A stretch of 64,000 nt of DNA from Paragordius varius (taxonomy: Eukaryota; Animalia; Nematomorpha): NCBI GenBank assembly GCA_964247055.1, contig OZ176056.1, forward strand, positions 2,232,001-2,296,000, read 5' to 3'. This document shows positions 10,327 to 21,836 of this stretch, piece after piece. The notes below the pieces were generated by a model. That model worked only from the letters and a program-made list of their open reading frames with translations, was not told where the DNA came from and made no database searches. The translations under genes were made by a program, and so were the position numbers. Position 1 is the first letter of the stretch, and every line of letters begins with the position of its first letter.

Positions 10327-13300
10327 CAGGGGTGGCCAAACGGTTGACCGCGGTTGACTTTCGTGACCGATTGAATTTTTTTAAAAAAATAAATATTTTT
10401 GCATATTTACACAAAATTATAATTTATGTTGTGATTAAAAAAATTAACATGCTATCAAAAATTTACATAACTAATTTAATATTTTATTAATTAATATATA
10501 TTTATCATATGTATTTTATTACAAGTTTCAAATTTGTAATTTCCTTAGAGTTTATATTAACAAGCTGGTAAAATTATATTTTAGTATGAATTCAAGCCTG
10601 AAAAATGTAAAATATATCGTTGTACAATAAATGTAAAGAAAATGACTGCAATTAATATGATATATATACCAATCCACCGTGGCACAGTCTAAAATGCAAA
10701 TGTCAAAAACACTTTACTAGGCTTGTGATGAACTATAAAAATTTTATTCAGATATTCGCAAATCAAATCAAGCTAACTATTGAAAGTGCAGTTAAATGCC
10801 CAGAACCTCTGCTAAATACAGCGAAAATCGAAAAAATTCCATATAATTGCAACTTACAAGCTAACATAATAAATAAAACAACAAATCTAGGGAATTAAAG
10901 CTTATGCAGTGCTGTTTTCAAAAGAAGAATATCCCGATCAAGAAAAACAATTATGCGGAAAAATGATGATCTTAATCAGAATCTTACCGAAATATAATAC
11001 TTATAATTGATTACTTAATGCGCAATTATGCGTTTTTATTCGCGACATGTCACTTACAGAGTTATTGGCTGTCATACATCTGCTTACAATCTACCGATTT
11101 AAAAGCTTATATCCATAACAACCGACCAAGATCTAGCGGTGATTAAAGGAAATAATGAGTTTTTGTGGCTTTGCGAATTTCATTATAATTTATTAGATTT
11201 CATAGATTATCATCGCATAATACATATGAGTGTTTTATGTTCCAAATTATTAAAAATAAGTACATAACGGAAGTATACTTCGAAATCGTGCCGCTGGTTT
11301 CAATTGTTAAAAGAGTAAGATATTGAACATGGTGTATTTTTCCATACAGATGTAAGATGGTTAAGTCGTGTCGCATTTTTAGTAAGATTCAGACAACTTT
11401 TGCCATAAATTCAGCCTTTTTATGATAGAATTGCCATTTACAATTAAAGGATAAATTGCTTTTTGATCTTTTGCGATATCTCAGAAAATTCGCACAAATT
11501 TTTTATTACAAGGGAAAACTATAACAATTATAGGTATGATCATTATTTTTTAATAGTTTAAGGAAAAGCTAGCAATGTTTGCACGATTTCTATAACATTT
11601 TACTAATCTGACAATCCAAAAACAAAAATCTTACTTAAGCAAAATATTTCGTTGTAATCGCGCTTCTTATCAATGATTTTAAGAAGAGATCTTCATCAAT
11701 AAAATTATTGCCATTTTTTATCATGTCCGTTGATAATATTGATATGAAATGTATAGCGAAAAAACTCAACCGTTTTCTTGACATTAAAAATTTACGAGAT
11801 TTTAAGGCAGAAATTATTAGTATTTGCTACATTAGCCTTAAATCAGTCATACTCAAACCGCGGGCCGCATGCGGCCCTAAGAGTGCTTTAAAATTGCCCT
11901 ATGACCAAATTGATACATAAATTTTTTTTTGATGAATTATTAAAATACACATAAGCGAATTTTCGCGTATTTTAATATTAATTTATTTTCTTCAAAGTTA
12001 ATTTTGGTAATTTTAATTTTTTACCCAATTTGAAATGATAAAAATTTTCCTACATTAAAAAAATTTCAAAATTTTGGCACACTTTGTTTCTGTTTGTGTT
12101 TCTGCATTTTATTTTATTTTTTATTTTATAATTTTTATTGCATTCCTTTTTTGTAAAGCAAGCCTTTCACCCAAACTTGCATATTCTTTTCATTGCTATC
12201 TTACATCATTTTCTGATACTCCTTTTCATAAAATATTTATCAAATCAACATCATTAAATTTCGTCCTGTTTTTTTATAGGATATTCAAATTATATTCCTA
12301 TTTTTTGAAAAAATTTACATAATATTTAAACATAAATTATAAGGATGACATCTAATGTTAAAAACTTAAATTATACGATGAAAATCGCTCCTTTAAAAAA
12401 GAATAGGAAGAAATTTTTTTTGTCGTTTTTAAAAAAATGTTGTTACCTGCCTTATATGTAAGGACCACATAATTATAAAAATACAATATGGAAAGATAGC
12501 TCAATCGCTCTTCGTGAGATTTTGCAACGACAACATAATCAACGAGTATTTATTTTTACCAATGAATAATACCACGAAACAAGTAATTTCCTCGAAATAA
12601 TCAGCATTTTTTTCGATAATAATGGCATATCTATGAAAAAATTGGTTCTGCCACAGATGGATGTCCCTCTCTCTATCATTGGAATAAACAAAGGATTTAT
12701 TCCCCTTTTGAAAAACAAATATAATTTGCAAAATATTTTATCCTTTTACTGCTTTATTCATCAGCATCTTGGTTTCGCGTAAAAGATAAATCACTCAATT
12801 TAGTAATTAAAACGGTTGTGGATATAGTTAACCACATCCGTGGATTCAACGGCCGTAAATTCAAAAACCTTCTAGATATCCACAGTGAATTTGACCATAT
12901 TTGTGCACCGCTGTGCGATGGCTTAGCCTTACCAAAGTATTAAATAGATTTTTTGTTTTAAGGCATAAAATTCTATTATTTATAAATCATAACTGAAGGT
13001 TTGACATGAAAAATAATAGTGACAAACAGTGGGTTTTATTAGCCTACCTTTGCGACATTACCGCGGAGGTTATCATTTAACATTTTTATCTAATGATATG
13101 AAATTCAGAATTCAGAAATATTAAAAATTGCTTAAAATTCGTTGAAAATATATGGATATATCCAATAATATGCAACTTGAGCATTTCGGTTTTGACAGGC
13201 GCATACCATTGAAAAATTCGTAGATCTTAGAAATGATTTCAGGAGGCTATATTCAAGGAGAATCATGGGGAAGAAAGATATGTAGAGTTTTAGCAAGATG

Positions 13301-13920
13301 TGCCAAATACTGTTTTTCCTTCAACTTACACGTGTGAGGCGGCATATTCAAAAATGAAGTATGCCAAGAATACATACAGAAATCGCTTAACCGATGATCA
13401 TATGGACGACGTATTAAGATTGGCCTGTCATCAGGCGAAACTTGTCAAAAATTATTGGTTAATATCAAAATAAATGTTAACGAAATATTTTAATTTTTTA
13501 AATAGTGCAAAACGAGTTTTTAGCTGGATTTACATGCGAGCAAAAAATTCATTGTGCTGATTTAGAGTATAAATATGTGCATATGTGTCAAATAGCTATG
13601 GAATATTTGCCATTACAAGATTCATGACCCTCGTAAAAATAATATATTTTATTTGGCCCGTCAAATTTTTTTGGCACTGCCTTAAATACTTGGCATCAGA
13701 GAATATACGTAAATTTATTAATAAAGATAAATACCCACATATTAGGATTCCTGAAGAATTTCTTTTTTATCCACCTATTAATGTAATCGCTTTTATCTTA
13801 TATAAAAGCCATTAAATTAACAGAAATCACGATAAACATTTGGGTTTGAGAATCGCACAGACTACCCAAGTTTCTGATTTATAGCATACTCAATCATCTA
13901 AAATACATCATTGAGTTTAT
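10327..13920 (+). mobile_element. Decayed hAT (Buster/SPIN/GTF2IRD2-like) transposon interrupted by a nested hAT
   Basis: Left TIR CAGGGGTGGCCAAAC after CCCTATAC (central TA). Transposase remnants HTDVRWLSR (11343), and after the nested element KDKYPHIR and FLSTY*CNRF plus HLGLRIA (dimerisation domain, 13720-13860). Many stops and frameshifts; right end not located. Confidence 0.75.
11844..13679 (+). mobile_element. Decayed hAT transposon nested in the element above
   Basis: Perfect 8-bp TSD CCTTAAAT (11836-11843 and 13680-13687); termini CAGTCATACTCAAACC ... GGCACTG. Remnants HCFIHQ-like, AVRWLS and STYTCEAAYSKMKYAKNTYRNRLTDDHMDDVLRLAC (13321-13428). Homologous to 32107-35090. Confidence 0.9.
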
Positions 13921-14549
13921 ATATTAGAAAATAGATCCGCCGCCTCTCCTACTGAAAATTTTCTTGTCAAGTTTAAGTGACTCTTCACCTCGATTATATG
14001 AGCCCGCTAGATAGCTTTAGAATAGAAACTTAATCCCCAGCAGCCCCTACTGTTAAAAAGACACAATTTAAGTGTATGTGCTTGGTTACAGCGTGTTGGC
14101 CATGAAGAAGCTGATTTTGTTGGATAAATGGCAAATCAAAAACTTTAACCGGAGAAAAACTGCTAGCTGAAGAGGACGGTTATATTACGTTAAGCGACAG
14201 CGTCGTCGTGAACGCCTTCTTCAGCAACTAACAAGGTCTATCCGGAGCATAGTTTGTTTCTATCTGTATTTTCCTTTAAAATAGATCATATTAATCAGCA
14301 TCAGAAACACATTTAAAATTTTTTTTTATGATTAGCACCAAAAAAACCCTTATCCAATACATTTAAAAGCGGAGGAAGGCGGTAAGGTCATCCTGTGCCA
14401 GTGGCGGTAAAGAGCATGCATATCTGTTTTCTAGAATTGTGGTACGTAAAGATTATTTAGATTAATATTATATGGGATAAACCTTAATTTTTTTAAAAAA
14501 AATTCTTTGTCAAATGGTTAAATGTATGAAAGGAATAAGCGCTATGTGA

Positions 14550-17500
14550 ATGCTTTTTCATTTTTTAATATTTTTGGTATGCGCTCAATCGTGTGCGTCA
14601 ACAAGAAAGGTATTTATATAATTATCCTTAGCTCTTTTACAACTGGAACCCTGGATGTTTTAAGCAGAGTTGTAGACTGGAAAATGGATCTTACACAAAT
14701 TTTTTGGACGTTTATTCCGATTTAACAGATGAAAGAATCCATATGATATGGTCCACAATAGGTTTTATTTGTTTTTTATTTTAGATGTTTTGAGTTTTAC
14801 TTTAATTAAAACAACCTCTACGGATATAATTGTTGATTGGGACAATTTAATCAATAAATCATTTATAAACAACGGTTCTAGTATAAAATTTAAAACGACA
14901 AAGCCTATATATATGTTTTCTACATTCTTTCCGACAGTAAAGTTTATTTTATTTAATAGATCACTATTCAAACATCAGTCTATGAAACGGATAAAAATAT
15001 ATTAAACTCTTCTTATATTACGTCCTATAAGACATCTGATATCGTTTGGGATGATTTACGAAAAACAATTAATTATAACGATAATATTGCATTTCTTAAT
15101 GGCTATCATCCGACACTGAATATGAATATTAGTTTAAAGGTAATTTCAGTTTTTATCAGTTAGTTTATTTAAGTAGACACCTTTCATTCAAATTTGTGGT
15201 TTTTACCTTAACGCGACTGATATAAATATACCATTCTTGTTTTAAGTTTAGGGATTTTCGTAGCAGACTGTAGACTTCAATTGTAAACAATATGGTTTAT
15301 AAACCAAGTTCAATTTCTTAAATTTTTGTTCCACAATCAGTCATTATGAAATGGTTTTATAGCAAAAATTTTTTAACTGTAAAATTGTTGAAATACAGAA
15401 AAATAAAAAAAATTTTCTAAAAGATGACCATACTTTTTTAACCTCGATTATTCCCATATAATTAATTTAATAACAATTGTACAATATATAATTGATTATT
15501 TTACCAATTTGCATCTTTATATGATAAAACAATTAGCCAAAAAATCAAATCTAATAAAAGTACTACGGTCTTTGAAAAATTTTGTCTTAATGTTTTTTGA
15601 GTTTTGTCTGTATAGTTTCATTTTTTATCCGTTATAGCTGTCCTTCTTTACAAGAGATGAAAGATCCCTAGATTACCCTCATATAAAACACACGCAAAAT
15701 TCTACGCAAATGGAAGTTAGATTTTTTAAACAGACTCACAATCAACCAACGTTAAATGACTCACAATTTATGTCCATAGAAAAAATTGAGGGCATAACTG
15801 CCGTTATTTTACAACGAATAGTTTACCCCAATAATATTACAGTAAACATTTAGATTTAGAATATATATAGATAAAAACTTAAAAATTAATAAGATTTTGG
15901 CAAAGAAATTTGTTGATTGGTAAGGATTGTAAAAATTATAATTGGTTACCAATTACATCACTCTTCCTATTTTCTTAAAACATAGATTATATAAAATATT
16001 GAAATATTTAACATATGGTTGTCTTTATAATAAATATTAGTATTAGAATCACATTTTTATTTTATAATTTAAATTTTTACCTTTACGCAGAATAATAATG
16101 AACATATTAGTGTTGACAAAAATATAATACCTCAAACCATGCCTGCATTTGAAGTCAAACGGACTCATTTCATTGATGATGAATACACACCTGGGATATT
16201 TTCAGTAAAAATTATGTTGATATAACATTTGCTATAATTCTATTATATATAAAATCATCACTTTATAATTTAACGATGATATGTATAAGGCAATTTTTTT
16301 TATCAAAAATGACGTTTTTATGTGTGAAAAAAACTTGACAAACTACCTTTTACAAAGAACTCCAATGTGTTTGATCAAAAAAATGTTTCAAATAGATGGT
16401 TTTGAAATTATATTTGTAATGAAATACTTTCTTATATATGAAAACGTTTTGGTTTTATAATTGAAATAATGTGAATATAAACGATAGTTTTATAATTTTT
16501 TCCAAAGATAGGCATCCACTTTATTTTATATTTTTCCTATTTAGTTTTATCAATTGGTATCGAAAGCAAAAGCATACCTTCAATGGAAACCAGTATATTT
16601 TGATAAAATAAAACCGTCAAATTTCCGTGACACAAATCCAATCTTAATTTCTCCCCTTGACACTTTTATAGTTATTCCTAGGTTTTTTTAAGTTTTTTAA
16701 AAAATTTTTTTAAAAAATAAGTACGGTTAAGATTAGCTTAAAAATACAAAACATTAATTCATATTTATATTTAAGAATTTATTGTGATAAAATTGGTTGT
16801 TTTTTACTCAGTTTTAAAATAATTTAGAATATCCAAAAAAATTTATATTTAAATAATATTTTTTGAGATTTTTAATTATTTTTCATCCATATTTTGATAA
16901 AATTTTTACTTTAAAATATAGGATTAATAAGTATCAAACTTAATTATTTTTTATTTAAGCGATAATTTAAAATATAAAATTATTATATATCATATTTAAA
17001 ATATGATTTTTTACAGAATTTCAATATTTAATATAATTCTAGAAATTTATCCAATGACTCAAATATACCTATGGCCATACAATTAGTTATGAGGGATAGA
17101 GTGTGGTATAATTTATACGCTAAGAATATCCTACTTGTAAACACAAACCTAGCAAATAATTATGAAAACGAATTTTTTGAACCTTTAAACAATGATAAAT
17201 TGCTCATACAATGTTTCAATTTAACATTTATGCCCTCAAGTGAAACTAACGCGTTTGAAGAAATGTCCCAATACAATCAATCTATAATTTGGTATGTAGT
17301 GACATAACAAAAATTTTCTTTAAATTTTAGTATTGTTGGAATTTCGATTCATTTTATTGAGAGTTTAGCTGTTTATTTTAAATATAATGTGTGCAATAAA
17401 TGTACAAGATATATATTATTTAATTTTAAAATATTTATACCAATTTTCATGAATAAAATGTTTAAATTTAATTACGAACATGGAACATTTACATTTAAAC

Positions 17501-19654
17501 AAGAAAAAGCTGATTATAGCATTTAAAAACATAAACCATAAATATGTGTTAATTTTGGGCAGTTTTGAAATTTTAAAATACAGTCAAAACTCTTTTTATG
17601 CGGAGTAAATAAGATTCATAATTAATGTTTCTTATAAAAATTTTATAATATCAGTCATCTTTTAATAGGTTTAACTATATTTTTTGAACAAAATCTCTCA
17701 TAGTTGTAAAATTTTTTTGACAATTATATTTATAGATTTTACTTTTTGCACAAAAAAAACTAAATTTAGATTTTTTCTATAATTTTTTGTGATATCAGTC
17801 ATTTTTTAACACTAGTTTCACTACATATTTTAAACTGTATCTCTCATAGTTGCAATATTTTATTGACAATTATATTTTACTTTTTTCACAAAAAAAACTA
17901 AATTTAGTTTTTGTTTAAATTTTTTTTGTAAAATCAGTCATCTTTATCTAAATTTTATAAACAGTATCTCTTATAACCGAATATCTTAATAACGATAATT
18001 TTATACTTTTTACTTTTTAAACAAAAAAAAACTAAATTATTTTTTTATGAATTTTTTGTAAAATCAGTCATCTTTGACTATATTTTATAAAACAGTATCT
18101 TTTTCTCGCTGAATATCTTATTAACAATAATTTTATAATTATATTTAATTTTACTTTTTTGCACAAAAAAACTACTAAATTTAGTTTTTTTTTATAAATT
18201 TTTTGTAAAATCAGTCATCTTGTAACAGGTTTAACTATATTTTTTTAAAACAGTATATCTCATAGTTTTAATATTTTATTGACAATACTTTTATATTTTA
18301 CTTTTTTACAGAAAAAAAACTAAATATAGATTTTTTTGTAAAATAAGTCATTTTCTATATTTATAAAACAGTGTCTCTTATAACCGAATATCTTATTAAA
18401 ATTATACTTTTATATTTGTAAATATTTTACTTTTTGCACAAAAAAACTACTAAATTTAGTTTTTTTTTATAAATTTTTTGTAAAATCAGTCATCTTTTAA
18501 CATGTTTAACTATATTTTTTTAAAACAGTATATCTCATAGTTGCAATATTTTATTGACAATTATATTTTTATATTTTACTTTTTTGCACAAAAAAACTAC
18601 TAAATTTAGTTTTTTATAAATTTTTTGTAAAATCAGTCATCTTTTAACAGGTTCTATATTTTTTTAAAACAGTATATCTCATAGTTGCAATATTTTATTG
18701 ACAATTATATTTTTATATTTTACTTTTTTCACAAAAACAACTAAATTTAGGTTTTTTTATAAATTTTTTGTAAAATCAGTCATCTTTGACTATTTTTGAT
18801 AAAACAGTACCTCTCTCTGATTATATTTGATAAAAATATTTTATTGACAATTATACTTATATTTTACTTGCTTTACAAAAAAACAACTAAATTTAGATTT
18901 TTTTATAAATTTTTTGTGATATCAGTCATCTTTTAACACTAGTTTCACTACATATTTTAAACTGTATCTCTCATAGTTGCAATATTTTATTGACAATTAT
19001 ATTTTACTTTTTTCACAAAAAAACTAAATTTAGTTTTTGTTTAAAATTTTTTTGTAAAATCAGTGATCTTTAACTATATTTTATAAAACAGTATCTCTTA
19101 TAACCGAATATCTTAATAACAATAATTTTATACTTTTATATTTTACTTTTTACACAAAAAAAAAATTTAGATTTTTTTATGAATTTTATGTAGAATCAGT
19201 CATCTTTGACTATATTTTATAAAACAGTATCTCTCATAGTTGTAAAATTTTATTGACAATTATACTTTTATATGTTTTTCTTTTTGCACAAAAAAACAAC
19301 TAAATATTTTTTTATAAATTTTTTGTAAAATCAGTTATTTTATAAAACAGTATATCTCATAACTGAAAATTTTATTGACAATCATACTTTAATATTTTAC
19401 TTTTTGTACAAAAAAACAACTAAATTTGGTTTTTTTTATGAATTTTATGTAAAATCAGTCATCTTTGACTATATTTTATAAAACAGTATCTCTCATAACT
19501 GAAAATTTTATTGACAATCATACTTGAATATTTTACTTTTTATACAAAAAAAACAACTAAATTTAGATTTTTTTATGATTTTTTTGTAAAATCAGTCATC
19601 TTTTCAACTATATTTTATATAGTATCTTTCTCTCGCTGAATATCTTATTAAAAT

Positions 19655-19690
<36 letters not shown>

Positions 19691-19991
19691 CTTTTTGCAT
19701 GAAAAAAACAACTAAATTTAGATTTTTTTTATAAATTTTTTGTAAAATCTTAGGTATGCACTCTTTGGCGTTGGTCAAATACCACGTGATGTGTTATCTG
19801 GATTCATAATTATCTTGTTGGCCCTTGGGTTTGGGGTACCATTTGCTTTAGCTTTTTTTACCTATTCCCACGGTTATTTTAAGTTGGTTCAACAAAAGAA
19901 ACGAAAAAAACGATTGGAATTACAAAACAGTACCAAAAATAAGCAGAAATCAGTTACTATTGTGGGAAAATATGAAAAATTAGTTAGTTGA
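14550..19991 (+). CDS. GLMP: Glycosylated lysosomal membrane protein (GLMP / NCU-G1) homolog, 487 aa
   Basis: Exons 14550-14609, 14632-14761, 14785-14936, 14960-15139, 15638-15841, 16091-16204, 16545-16681, 17043-17291, 19754-19991 give one open frame (1464 nt). Signal peptide MLFHFLIFLVCAQSCA; family-like motifs IHMIWST, PHIKHTQNSTQMEV, IDDEYTPGIF, LQWKPV, FNLTF, WYALFGVGQIPRDVLS followed by a TM helix; C-terminal YEKL. Confidence 0.85.
17580..19750. repeat. Intronic tandem array, ~16 units of 125-150 bp, ending at the acceptor of the last GLMP exon
   Basis: Marker AAATCAGTCATC recurs at ~17651, 17796, 17934, 18064, 18211, 18487, 18633, 18776, 18922, 19196, 19455, 19592. The last unit ends TTTTTGTAAAATCTTAG|G at 19753. 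Confidence 0.95.
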
Positions 19992-20076
19992 TGAGGGGGG
20001 TAATCAAAATAGTCAAGATGATGTAAATTGAAAGATTTTTTTTGTAATTTTTTGATGATGTTTAGTATAGTATTTA

Positions 20077-20304
20077 CAGTCATGTATCCTTTTTTTATCA
20101 AAATTTTATTTTTTTTTCGTTAAATGGGTATAAATATTTGGTAAAGAATGGTAAAACAAGAGCTCTATGGTAATTCTTACACTTTTTGATGAATATGATA
20201 TTGTTAATATTATAGAGCTCTTGATTTTCCATTCTTTACCAAATATTTATAACCATTTAATGAAAAAAAAATAAATTTTTGATAAAATAAAGGATACATG
20301 ACTG
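20077..20304. mobile_element. Foldback MITE, 228 bp, TA-flanked (pogo/Tigger-like terminus)
   Basis: ~90-bp TIRs starting CAGTCATGTATCC and ending GGATACATGACTG; TA on both sides. Confidence 0.85.
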
Positions 20305-20548
20305 TATATTTATTTATGTAATACAATGTAGAAATAAATTTATTATGGTATGATTTTTGAGTTAATTAGTTTAAGATAGATATCTTAACGCGCTTGACTG
20401 TTAAACCATGATATAATAAAATTTTGCCATCTTCTAATTTATAAATTATATAAAATTCTTAAATTTACAAATTTAACCAGACATTATAATAAATTTTCAT
20501 AAAATGTTACAAAAATACAGTCAAAATAGATAAAAATGAATAAAATTA

Positions 20549-20825
20549 CAGTAAAAACTCAAATTATACGGACAAAGCGTAAAAATATAAAGACAAAGAT
20601 TTTTTTCTCAAAGACAACCATACTTTAAAATCTTGATTTATTTTAATATAACTCATTGTTTTAAATGGCAAAGTGTGGAATAGAGATATATAATACTAAA
20701 CATTTTTTTACAATTGTAACTAAGTAAGTTATATGGGAAACATTTAGGTTTAAAAAGTATGGTCTTTTTTAAATAAAAATATTTATCTTTATATTTTCAC
20801 GTCCGTATAATTTCATATTTTACTG
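20549..20825. mobile_element. TA-flanked MITE, CAGTAAAA family (Tc1/mariner-like)
   Basis: TIR CAGTAAAAACTCAAATTATACGGAC ... GTCCGTATAATTTCATATTTTACTG; TA flanks. Confidence 0.8.
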
Positions 20826-21145
20826 TAAATGTATCATACACATTTAATTTAAACTCACAAAACTGAATAATGAAAATTAAAATAGGGAGATATTAAAATC
20901 ATAAATTTATTTTTATTTCACCGTAAAATATAAAAATGGTTAAATGTGATATTTTTAAACATTAATTGTATATTGTTTGTATGTATAAATAACCTGAAAA
21001 TATCTAATATTGCTGCTAATTTGCTTGCAATGTAATAAGGGTAAAAAATATAAAAAAACATTCAAATTTCATCTAAAAATCTAAATATATATTAATTTAA
21101 GTGTTTTATAGTACCATAAAATTCAATAAATATACAAGAAAATTA

Positions 21146-21416
21146 CAGTAAAAATTAAAACCATTAAGATAAAACGTATATTAACTAAAAGATATTTTTT
21201 TGTAAAGTTAACCATATTTTTTAATTCTGTCTCTTTGTAACTTATTAATTCATAATATCAGCACCCATTTAAACCTCTGTTCTTTATTTAGCAACTAAAA
21301 ACGATACTAAATAATAAGAATCAAGGATAAAAAAATATGGTTTTTTTTACGAAAAAAAAATATTAGAGTCTTTAAAGTTTTGACACGTTTCATCTTTTAA
21401 ATTTCAATTTTTACTG
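21146..21416. mobile_element. TA-flanked MITE, CAGTAAAA family (diverged copy)
   Basis: TA|CAGTAAAAATTAAAA ... TTTCAATTTTTACTG|TA; same length and internal layout as 20549-20825. Confidence 0.65.
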
Positions 21417-21503
21417 TATAAATTTGCATTAATTTATCTGTTTAGATAATATAAATCAATCATAAAAATGTATAAAAATTAAATAAAATTTTAATTTTCC
21501 TTT

Positions 21504-21805
21504 TCAAAGAAAAGTTTTAAAAGTTTTAGCCAAGATTTCACAACTATGATTCATTTGTTCAGATGTCATACAGAGGGGTGGAGCTAACCTTATTTTATCG
21601 CCATGCGTTGGTTTTGATAACAGTCCATTAGCCGCTAATCTAGTACAAATTTCCCATGCATCAAAATCTATTTTTTTAGTTATTAAATATATGTTTGAAT
21701 ATTTTTGGAAAATTTATCAAACTATAGAATAAAATTTATAAAAAAATCTGAGTTATTGTTGTAAAAGATACATAGTACTCGTAATGAGCCAAAAAAATAA
21801 TTTTT

Positions 21806-21836
<31 letters not shown>

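Noticed and set aside
14394-14410. GTGCCAGTGGCGGTAA resembles the SSU rRNA 515 region
   Set aside because: No other colinear rRNA landmarks nearby; too short and mismatched to call rRNA or a NUMT.
21570-21590. CAGAGGGGTGGAGC looks like a hAT terminal repeat
   Set aside because: It is the reverse complement of the OAT last-exon codons for APPLC; no partner TIR.
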